DNA of 64,000 bases from Selaginella moellendorffii. Its lineage: Eukaryota > Plantae > Lycopodiophyta. The notes beneath the pieces were generated by a model that saw nothing but the letters and a program-made list of their open reading frames with translations, did not search any database and was not told the DNA's origin. How positions within the stretch are numbered: position 1 is the first letter of the stretch; every line of letters starts with the position of its first letter. The DNA lies in assembly GCF_000143415.4 (NCBI RefSeq), contig NW_003314304.1:68169-132168 (forward strand). Direction: 5' to 3'. Of this stretch, positions 37,207 through 47,072 are shown piece by piece. Position numbers and translations under genes: made by a program.

Positions 37207-39023
37207 TGTGAGACACAAAATCCCTAGGCCCCAAAGTGGAGCCAAAAGGGCACCACGTGGTAGTGGCCGAAGCGAAAGCCAAATGAGCGTAACACGTTTG
37301 GACTAAAAACTCCGACTGGGAAAGGTCAAGGGTGGGAGTGGAACTCCCAACGAAGTGCTCAAGGAACAAACACGAGGCAAGCCATGAGTGAGTCTCTAGA
37401 AAAAGGGATACAAGAGGACCAAAACATGACATGTGGAAGTGTCTGAGATGGAGTCTGAGGTGGACCCGAGATGGACCCAAGATGGACCCAAGATGGACCT
37501 GAGATTGAGTCCAAGATGGACCCGAGATGGAGTCCGAGATGGACCCGAGATGGACCCGAGATGGAGTCCGAGGTGGAGTCTGAGATGGAGTCCGAGGTGG
37601 AGTCCGAGATGGAGTCCGAGGTGGAGTCCAAGGTGGACTCGAGATGGACCTAAGATGGACCCGAGATTGAGTCCGAGTTGGACCCGAGATGGAGTCCGAG
37701 ATGGAGTCCGAGATGGACCCAAGATGGAGTCCAAGATGGAGTCCGAGATGGAGTCTGAGATGGACCCGAGATGCAGTCCGAGATGGAGTCTGAGATGGAC
37801 CGAGATGGAGTTTGAGATGGACCCGAAATGGAATCCGAGATGGAGTCCGAGAAGGACCCAAGATGGAGTCTGAAGTCGAGACTAAGACCAAGACCGAGAC
37901 CGGGACTGAGACCGAGACCATGACCAAGATCGAGACCAAGACCGAGACCGAGCCCGAGACCGAGCCCAAGTCCAAGTCCGAGTCCAAGTCTGAGTCCGAG
38001 TCCGAATCTGAGTCTAAGAGGGTGAAAGCCCAAAGCGTTTGTTTCCTAGACCCTAGGGGGGTTGGTGAGCTCCAAAAGTATAGTAGGGGGAGGACTACAG
38101 TGGAGCCAGTTTAGCCAGGAAAGGCCAGTTTAGCCAGGAAAGGCCAATTTGGCCCAGGAAGGCTGTACCCGGTGTTGGGTGATGAATTGCCCACTAGGAA
38201 GTCCAAGACTAGAGTGAACAAGGACCGACAAACAAGGTAGCTTGGTGAAGTGTTCAAGAGCCGGTTCTAGTTCCCCCAGGAGATCGACTAGCCGATGCTC
38301 CCAGTCCAAGTGTGGGTGGCACTACCTACTTGGATACCTGGCATGACTCAATGGAACCTCGCTCTAAGCCCATGGCTAGAGCACCTAAAGGCAAAAAGCA
38401 GAGAGAGTACCCATGAGGCCCGCGTAGGGCCATGGTGTTCCGAAATGTTGTCCCAAAGTCCCAATCTGTGGAAAGGAAGAGGAGTAGCCCTCTGGTGTGG
38501 TGACCAAAGACATAGTCACATAGTGAGGAAGTCCTAAAGGACAGTGAGACTTAGTGGTCGGGCCCGTAGGCCTTGATCCAGTGGCAATGTTGGTGAACAT
38601 GGTCAAGGACAGAAAGGGACTTGGTGGAGACCTGAATGGAGATATTGGGGAAGGCTATTCCCCATGCATCCTAAGGATGCTAAGGAGTTGATCTGGGATG
38701 ACCACTCACGGGCGAATGGCCCAGTCTTGAAGAGATGGGGTTGCAATGCAAATGGTGTTAGACCACCAATGTGACGAAAGTGAATGAGTGTGGCCTAGTG
38801 TAATGGGCTCATATGTCGGTGGTACCTTGGGGTGTCGGTCATAGGATCTGACACATGAAGCACTTGGACCAAGTGCAAAGGTTGAGTGGCATGGATGCTA
38901 TTTTCGGGGCTAGCAAGCCCCAAGTCCTGAATGAGCTTTATGGAGGTTGTGAATGAGACTCTTCCAAGTGGTCGGAGGTGCAGTTAAGTGACTAAAGGAG
39001 AATGGAAAAATTAATCACTTACA
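37207..39023 (+). mobile_element. Family-A solo LTR inside an older family-A LTR
   Basis: TGTGAGACAC...CACTTACA, TSD CTTTG (37202-37206, 39024-39028), minisatellite at ~37441-38015. Confidence 0.95.
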
Positions 39024-39661
39024 CTTTGGGGCTTAGGGATTTATGTCTCACATGACCATATCAAATGTTGTGGCAAGTTGAATAGCAAGTTTATAAGGTT
39101 CAACATGATATTCAATAAGCTAATCCTCTAAAAATTATACATATGCAATGGCTGAGTGAAATATTTCATACAAAGGGATCTAGAATAACTAGTACCACCT
39201 ACAAATCCAATATACCTACTCTTGATGTTCCTTTAAATCCTAGCCCATTAACCATAGAACTTTAATTGCCTCCATCCTTTTGAGAGGAGAGAATGATATA
39301 AGGTCCAATTGTACAGCTGCAATGCCATATATTTATATTAACGTAATAATATTTTGATAATCGTTCAATTTAGACCACTTGTTGCTGTATATAAGCTAGG
39401 GTTTTTAGGTTAATTTATATGTATATTTCTGTATTCCATTTCCATCTTTCATGCACTCATATAATTAATTATAAATATTAAGTAAAATATGAGTTGTCTT
39501 ATCTAGCTAATTATATTACATATAATTAGTCTTACCTACCTCCTCACCATGATGAAACAATAGAAAGTAGTTAAGAGGTGTTTACAAATAATTCTCTTTC
39601 TTATATTCTATTAGTTATTTTTAATAGTATTAAATATTTATATTTAGATTTATTATAAATA

Positions 39662-39665
<4 letters not shown>

Positions 39666-39738
<73 letters not shown>
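39666..39738. repeat. Compound (TA)n(TG)n microsatellite
   Basis: Read directly. Confidence 0.98.
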
Positions 39739-39740
<2 letters not shown>

Positions 39741-40020
39741 AATGATGGGTGTGAATAAAAACTAATAGCTAAAATCTATTTAAGATTTTAAAAATTATAT
39801 TTTTTTGTAATAATAGATACAGACATACAGACACAGACACAGATGTATGTATCTATTATTCTATTATTACAAAAAAATAAATTTTCAAAAATTTAAATAG
39901 ACTTTAGTATATATATATATCTGTGTCTGTGTCTGTATCTATTATTACAAAAAAATATAATTTTCAAAAACTTAAATAGATTTTAGCTACTAGTTTTTAT
40001 TCACACCCACCATTTAACAT
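39735..40020. repeat. Long inverted repeat (~105-bp arms)
   Basis: 39735-39844 is the near-perfect reverse complement of 39919-40020. Confidence 0.9.
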
Positions 40021-41142
40021 ATTTTTATGTGATGTATTTTATATAATTTGCAATTGTAATATATATTTAATGTTATGTATGATTTTTATTTTAAATTTAC
40101 CCCATAAACTATGACTTCTTTACTATCAAGTATGACTGATAATACATGATTTTTTAAAAAAGAAACACTGCTTATTTTTTAAAAACAAATATAAACTTAT
40201 TCAAATATGGCTTTATCATGATGTTTAATACCTTACCCTTAGTAGCATTATTTATTTATTTTTATTTTATGATTAATTTATATAAGATGCTTTATCATTG
40301 TTTTTTGCTCTTTTTATTGATAAATGCCAAATGTATATCATAAAGGTAACTATTTGTGCATCTTTATCACATTCTCAAAACACTCAGATGGTAGAAAATT
40401 AATGAAAGGTGACTGAAATATTTAAATCATATAGTTTATTAAAACTTAAATCATGACTATCATTACATATAGAATCTAAAGTATTAAAATAAGATAGAAG
40501 ACATTGAGAAACATTAATATATAAAATTTATTCATTATAAATACATTTATGTATCACTTAAAAAATTTTAATAAGAATTTTTAAAAGGGCATTACATTAT
40601 AAGTTTTCTTTCAAATTTAATTTAGTTAATTTTTAATCTAAAGAGCTAAGTTTATAATAAAGTTATTTGTGGGATGGGATTATGCATTGTAATTTCTAAG
40701 ATTGAAGTAAATATATGATAAATAAAATTTAATAAATATATATAAATATATAAAAACAATTCTAAATATTTAAGAACTTTGAAATCCCTTGATGCTAAAT
40801 TATGATAGAAATAAATATTTATTAAAAGTAACTATTACTAAGATTTTTGCTATATATTGCATACTACAATACAAATAGTAGTGCTATTCATGTAAAGTAT
40901 TATTTAAATCCAATTTATTAGTCAGAATTTTATAATTATAAAACATTTTAAGAATTTCTTAAATTTCAAACATGTTTATGAGATTAATCTAAATGATTAA
41001 TCCAAGTATATTCAAGTATATCCACTACCACAAATTTTTATTTACGTAAACCAAAAATTGATAAATTTAAAACCATGATTTTATTTTATTAAAAATCAAT
41101 TATTAAATTAAATTTTATAAAAATAAATTTTATTAAAGGTTC

Positions 41143-41568
41143 TTAATAAAATTGTACCTTATATGTGTTGAGACGATCCCATGTACCAGTAAAAGCCCAA
41201 TTTTGCCATCCATACCAATTATTAGTTTCGAAAAGACCATATCCATTAAAAGTGACTCCTATAAAGTAAATTCCATGTAATGTAAATTGACATTCTTCAA
41301 AAAATACATGACTAAATCCTTTACTTTTAAAAGTTTTATCATAACGCCAAACAATTGCATTTCCATATTTATTACATACTTCCACTTCTGCTGTCATATC
41401 AGGAGCCCAGTCATAATCATTTAAATTGTTACTTTGGTTCATATCAATGGTTATATTAGTATTTTTATAGAGATGTGTATTAATAAATATACTGGAATTA
41501 TTTAAGTGAGACTCCAAGCTATAAGCAAGCATGTAATGAAGTAATAGAAATGATATGAATTTTAACAT
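41143..41568 (-). CDS. Orphan small secreted protein (141 aa), intronless, very AT-rich
   Basis: ATG at 41568. Signal-peptide-like MLKFISFLLLHYMLAYS, Asn-rich linker, aromatic/Gly-rich C-terminal domain with 2 Cys. A 426-bp open frame is unlikely by chance in DNA this AT-rich, and third codon positions are nearly all A/T. Confidence 0.65.
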   Translation of the reverse strand: MLKFISFLLLHYMLAYSLESHLNNSSIFINTHLYKNTNITIDMNQSNNLNDYDWAPDMTAEVEVCNKYGNAIVWRYDKTFKSKGFSHVFFEECQFTLHGIYFIGVTFNGYGLFETNNWYGWQNWAFTGTWDRLNTYKVQFY

Positions 41569-41759
41569 TTTTGAAAATATACACACATCTAGATTTAATT
41601 AGATGTGTTTTTATAATGTCCATTTTTGTTTTTTACAGCATATTGATTATATGGACTATCTGCATGATTAATGAGGTCAATGTATGAAGACAAACAACTA
41701 GTAGTTATTTTAATTTGTCAGAAAAACATGGAAAGAATAATTGCTAAAGTAGCTGTTTG

Positions 41760-42860
41760 TCAACATTCTGGTGGTAGCCTCAAAAACCTCTTGAAGTCCT
41801 TGCAATAATCATATATCATCCAATTGTCTTTGACCCATTGAAGCTTGTGCGTGGTATCCTCATCCTTAACCAAAAACATCGAGCTTTCCCACCACTTTGG
41901 AGGCCTCCTTGTCTTAGTGCAAGATCTTGGAGAACTCGACGACCACTTGCAAGCATCGATCCCAAACCCCCGAAAAGATGCCACAAACGGGGATTTGTTC
42001 CACTTGATCTTCTCTAATCCTCCACGAGTCGCCCAATCGTCCCCATTCCACAGGCTGGCGTAAACAGCCATTGGTTTCGTGAGTGGAAATGGAACGCCAA
42101 GCTCCGCCATCTTGTTGGCAAACACGCGGATTGGCACGTCGTCCACGTAGAGTCTTGTTGTAATGGCGAGAAAAAATAAATAAATTTTTTGAAAAGAATC
42201 TTGGGCTTCTAGACTTACATAATTTGCCGACGGTTCCAGAGGATTGAGTACGTATGAAAGTCGGCAGTGGGATCAAACCAGAGATAGATCTGCTGCTCTC
42301 GATCACCTGTTCCGTTTGCAAAGATGTTGGTGTGGACAATGTAAGGTTGCCCGCTGGTGTTTCCCAAGAACTCAAAGTCAATCTCATCGTGGTCTTTGGA
42401 TGGCATCTGTGAAGACATCTAAGAAAGTAAAGGAGCAAAATTCAACAAGGTTATCCCAGGATAGAATGGAGAATAAGTTTTCTTACATAGAACGTTGTCA
42501 CCGTCCCGGCGGATTCATTGGCGACGAGCTTGATTCTCATGCTCACATACCCAAAGAGATACTTGTTTTTGGAAGCAAATCCCGAGCCTCCTGTATGGAA
42601 GATTCGTACAAAGAATGTTGATATATCTCGTACATTTGGAAGAAGAAAATGATTTGCTAACCCGTGTTGTTGGTGAGAAGGAGCTGGAGCTGTGATCCTC
42701 GATTCATCAGCCTGGTGTTGCTACTCCCCCAGCTGACCTGATAATTCTTGGCAAACTTGGAGTCGGACAACCTCCTGGGCGTTTGTTGGGCCGACACCAA
42801 TGATCCCGCGATCATCATCATCAAAGTTGTCATGGGCAATAAAACTTTGCGTGGATCCAT
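41760..42860 (-). CDS. XTH: Xyloglucan endotransglucosylase/hydrolase (GH16), 4 exons
   Basis: Exons 42860-42662, 42590-42487, 42418-42219 and 42153-41760 join in frame across GT-AG introns. Signal peptide, catalytic [22 protein letters not shown] and C-terminal YDYCKD...PPEC. Confidence 0.96.
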
Positions 42861-43617
42861 GGAGAGGTTTCATACAGGACGATCCTCCAAATCCTCTCCC
42901 ACCCCAATTGGATTGACACTGGATCAAGCCTATAAGTCCTCGCGATCGAGATATTCGTAGTCTAACTGGCAAACTGATCGTGCCATGAGTAGCCATACCT
43001 ACCAAAAAGAAGAAAATGTCGGTGAATCGTGATGGACTGCGCCTTGGCGCGAATTCGCAGAATATCCGAGCGTTTAAGCCTGCGTGGCGAGACATGTACA
43101 ACCTTGACGAAACCGTCAACCACGTGAAAATATCGAGATTCGATTATTTTAATATTGGACTGTTCGATCAAGGTTTTATGTAGAAGCTTTTTTCTCCTTT
43201 CTGGACTTGATTATTCATATGAATCATTAGTTAAAAAGTTCTACGACGAGACGAAGTTGTGATTCTCTTTGGAAGAGACAAAAGCATGAAATAACTCCAC
43301 GGGGGCATTGCGTCCTTTCTTGTCAATGGGCCAATAACGCACAATGGACGGATCACCCAATATGTCACAAGCACAACACACACACACACACACACACACA
43401 CAAAGAAAAGAAAAGAAAAAAAGAAAAGAAAAGAAAACATATTACGTAAGGACACGAGGTCAATGAACTTATCGTGGTGAAATATAAAGAGGAACTATTG
43501 AAGAGCTTTACAAGTTGAACTACACTTGTCTTTTCTCTCACTTGATAACGATAGCTGATCTTGTATAGATGGCAGATAGCCATGTAGAGATATAGAGAAG
43601 TGCTGATTTGAAGATTA

Positions 43618-43855
43618 TGGCTAGTCAAGAATTGGGAGACCAAAGGAATAGCCACGAATCCATGGATGGCCACCTTCTTCATCATGGCGTGCTCAGGCGC
43701 TACTTACAACTTTGAAAACCACACTGGGCTTCAAACCTATCTACGGTGGGATTTCCTTTGGCCTACTGTATGGTATCACTGGTTCATGGGTTGTGCTCAT
43801 GTCTCCTCAATTACTTCGGATATCTCATGATCTGGATTGCGATGGAGCACAAGAA
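43618..43855 (+). pseudogene. Degenerate 5' fragment of the nodulin-like MFS gene
   Basis: Matches 45050-45373 (GCCACCTTCTTCATCATGGCGTGCTC, TATCTCATGATCTGG) with several deletions. Confidence 0.85.
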
Positions 43856-44048
43856 CCTTACAACTTCCACGAGAACGTGATGTGTGGGAGGAGGATGCTG
43901 ATCCAAAGCTCCACGGTCCTGGGCAGCGCCGCGAGAGTACATAAGCTGGGATGGCATCCACCACCGAAGCGTTCAATCGCTACGCAGTTGAAACTTTCAA
44001 ACTCAGTTGAAATTGATCGACAAATTGAAGAGAATGATTTACTACCAT

Positions 44049-44160
44049 GCTGACATGATAATTCTTGGCAAACTTGGCGCACAACTTCCTAAACAGACGA
44101 TCCAGCGATGATCATCATCCAAGTTGCTAGGAGCAATAAAACTCCGCGGAGAACCATGGA
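44049..44160 (-). pseudogene. Degenerate XTH exon-1 fragment (duplicated promoter continues to ~44650)
   Basis: Matches 42732-42862 (GATAATTCTTGGCAAACTTGG, ATCATCATC, CCATGGA.AGGTTTCATACA) with indels. Confidence 0.85.
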
Positions 44161-45049
44161 AAGGTTTCATACAAGACAAAGCCCTTGATCGTTCCGATCC
44201 AATTCTCTCAACTCATTTGGATTGACGCTAGATCAAGGCGTTCTTGCGATCGAGATATTCGTTCGTCGAACTGGCAAACCCGCGGCTTTGATGGTGCCAT
44301 GAATACAAAAAGAAGAAGATGTCGGTGAATCGTTGGATCGATTGCGACTTGGTGCGGGGGATTTTGAAAAGGGAAACTGAGGATTCATGGAGAACCTTGA
44401 TCGATATGGTCAACCACGTGAAAATCTCGCGATTCGATGATTTTAATATCGGATTGGTCGGTCAAGGTTTCATGTACACATTCTGGAATCTCAAAATGTA
44501 TCAAGCACGCGAGAACGAGAGTTGTGCAAAATGATCTCTCTTGGAAGAGACAAAAGCATGAAATAACTCCGGGACATATCTGTCGCGTCTGTTTTTGTCT
44601 TTTCTTTTTCCTTCTCGATGCCCACAATGGGTGATGGAGCACCCAACATGTCACAAGCACACTCATCAATCAATCAAAAAAAAAAAAAAAAAAAAACCAA
44701 AGAGAAAGAAGAAATTAAAAAAAAAAATCAACAACAATAATCTTGTGCTTAATGTCATAAACATGCACGTGGTTTCTAACCTCTCTACAACTTAAAGAGT
44801 ATAAAAGAATTCCATGCTTGGGTGAAATATAAAGAAGAGGCATTGAATGAGCTCGGTAAGAAGCTCCTCACAAGCAGAAATAAACTTATCCTTTGGGCGA
44901 AGCTCTAGCGATGGCTGTTCTAGCATATAGATAGAAGCATAGATCTTACAACAGAGCTTTAGCTCTCCCAGAATTTGGGAGGAGCTTTCATGTAGAGAGC
45001 CTGAAGAGAAGTGTTGATTTGAAATTCGCTACTACTTATAAACTATATT

Positions 45050-46981
45050 ATGGCTATGGAGCTCCCAGGAATTGGGAGATTGGCCAAAGGAGTAGCCACG
45101 AATCGATGGATGGTCGTGGTTGCCACCTTCTTCATCATGGCGTGCTCGGGCGCCACTTACAACTTTGGAATCTACTCCGACATCTTGAAAACCAGCATGG
45201 GATACAACCAAGAGACTCTCACCACTCTGGGCTTCTTCAAAGATCTGGGAGCAAACGTCGGGATCTTCTCGGGCCTGATCTATGATCTCACTGGCCCATG
45301 GGTCGTGCTCATGTGTGGAGCGATCCTCAATCTCTTCGGCTATCTCATGATCTGGCTGGCGGTGGAGCACAAGATCAGTCGCCCCGCGATCTGGAAGATG
45401 TGCCTCTTCATCTGCATCGGCGCCAATTCGCAGGCCTTCACCAACACGGGCGTGATCGTGACGAGCGTCAAGAACTTCCCAAACAACCGCGGCCTCGTGA
45501 TCGGGCTCCTCAAAGGATACGTTGGCCTCAGCGGTGCCATGCTCACTCTCTTCTACCAGGCGCTCTACGGCAATAGCCCGGACAAATTCATCCTCCTGAT
45601 CGCCTGGTTCCCGTGCTTGATCTGCCTCATGTTTCTCGCGGTGATCCGGAGGATGCCACCCACCGGGCCGGAGCTGGCCGCGTCCGAGAAGAAGATCTTC
45701 CAGGCGTTTCTCTTCATCGCGCTCGCCCTGGCGGGGTATTTGATGATCATCATCGTCGTCCAGCACCAGGTCAAAGTTCCCCGAGCTGGATTCCAGGCGC
45801 TCGCTGCGATAATGCTCTTGATTGTCATGTCGCCGCTGGCGCTCGTTGTGAGGGATGAGCTCCGGAAGATCGAGCAAGAGAAAAATCAAGAATTGAAAGA
45901 AGGGGCTAAAACAGGGGAAGAGGCTGAATCGAATTCCAAGCTCGCATTGGCAGGAAATCCAACTGACATTGGATCGATCCAACCACATGATCAGGATTCA
46001 GAGCCGGAAACGAAGAGATTCGCGCTGGATTGGAAGAGAACCGAAGGAATTCCTGGCCCAAAACAGGGGATTTTGCAAGAAGGGGCAAAAACAGGGGAGG
46101 ATGATTGTTCCAATTCCACTCCCAAGGAGCTGGAACTGGCAGCCGGCAAAGAATCCACCCATGCCGAGACTCTCAATCCCGAGCCGCGCAGCAGGAAATT
46201 CACGCTGGAATGGAAGAAAATCCGGAGAATTTTGTGGGAGAGGCCTGCCAGAGGCAGCGACTACAACATCCCCGACGCCATCTTCACCATCGACATGTTC
46301 TTGATCTTCGTCGCCACCACCTGTGGCGTGGGCGGAGGCCTCATGGCGATCGATAACCTCGGCCAGATCGGCAAGGCCCTGGATCTCAAGGTCGATACAT
46401 TCGTATCGCTCATCAGCATCTGGAACTTCCTGGGGAGAGTGGGGTCGGGATTCGCGTCGGAGATCGCCCTCCAGCGCTGGGGCGTGCCAAGGACCCTATT
46501 CTTCTCGCTCGTGATCGGGGTGGCCGCGATCGGGCACTTGGTCATCGCGCTCAATCTGCCCGGCGCGCTCTTCGCTGGATCCATCCTCATCGGCCTCACG
46601 TTTGGCGCGCAGTGGGCGCTCATGTTCACGATCATCTCCGAGATCTTTGGGCTCAAGTACTATGGCACGCTCTACAATGTGGGCGGCGTCGCGAGCCCCG
46701 TGGGGAGCTATCTCCTCTCCGTGCGCGTTGCCGGGACGCTCTACGACAAGGAGGCGGCCAAGGATCGAGCAAGGAGCGCGACTGTGGGGAGAATTCTTGG
46801 GAGAATTTTGGCCGTCGCCAGTGATACCGGGAACAATTGCAAGGGCGCCCATTGCTTTCGCGTCACATTCTTCATCATGGCCGCAGTAGCAGTGCTTGGC
46901 AGCGCTACTGCGCTGATTCTCACTGCCAGGACGCGGCGATTCTACCGCAAGATCCACCTCAAGATGAAAGAAACCACATAA
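45050..46981 (+). CDS. Nodulin-like major facilitator superfamily transporter (NFD4-like), 643 aa, intronless
   Basis: RWMVVVA...YNFGIYS, GFFKDLGANVG, VKNFPNNRG, KGYVGLSGA, IDNLGQIG, SIWNFLGR, ISEIFGLKYYG, C-terminal CKGAHCFR. Confidence 0.95.
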   Translation: MAMELPGIGRLAKGVATNRWMVVVATFFIMACSGATYNFGIYSDILKTSMGYNQETLTTLGFFKDLGANVGIFSGLIYDLTGPWVVLMCGAILNLFGYLMIWLAVEHKISRPAIWKMCLFICIGANSQAFTNTGVIVTSVKNFPNNRGLVIGLLKGYVGLSGAMLTLFYQALYGNSPDKFILLIAWFPCLICLMFLAVIRRMPPTGPELAASEKKIFQAFLFIALALAGYLMIIIVVQHQVKVPRAGFQALAAIMLLIVMSPLALVVRDELRKIEQEKNQELKEGAKTGEEAESNSKLALAGNPTDIGSIQPHDQDSEPETKRFALDWKRTEGIPGPKQGILQEGAKTGEDDCSNSTPKELELAAGKESTHAETLNPEPRSRKFTLEWKKIRRILWERPARGSDYNIPDAIFTIDMFLIFVATTCGVGGGLMAIDNLGQIGKALDLKVDTFVSLISIWNFLGRVGSGFASEIALQRWGVPRTLFFSLVIGVAAIGHLVIALNLPGALFAGSILIGLTFGAQWALMFTIISEIFGLKYYGTLYNVGGVASPVGSYLLSVRVAGTLYDKEAAKDRARSATVGRILGRILAVASDTGNNCKGAHCFRVTFFIMAAVAVLGSATALILTARTRRFYRKIHLKMKETT

Positions 46982-47072
46982 ACCCTAAATTTTCGAAAAA
47001 CTTGTAATAGCAATAGCGGAGAACCCTAAAATCAAAAAGAGATTATAGGGCATTTATTTTCTTCCTTCCGCC

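Larger units (their letters stand above)
23241..39052 (-). mobile_element. Older family-A element, 5' part: internal region (split by B1), PBS 35459-35470, 5' LTR 35474-39052 (split by a solo LTR)
   Basis: 23241-24292 and 34004-35473 are the contiguous reverse complement of A1 14392->11858. ACTCCGATACCA is the reverse-complemented Met PBS. The LTR ends TGTCTCACA at 39052. Confidence 0.9.
7875..39461 (+). mobile_element. Outermost, oldest family-D element hosting all nested insertions; 5' LTR ~7875-8003, 3' LTR ~39294-39461
   Basis: PBS TGGTGAAAGTGAGGGG 8007-8022 (decayed tRNA-Ala type) and PPT GAGAGGAGAGAA 39282-39293. The two short LTRs align (GTCCAA...ATTTTGATAA...TATATAA...ATTTCT.TATTC...CACTCA). 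A GPY-like integrase tail remnant lies at 39053-39150. TSD not recognisable. Confidence 0.6.
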
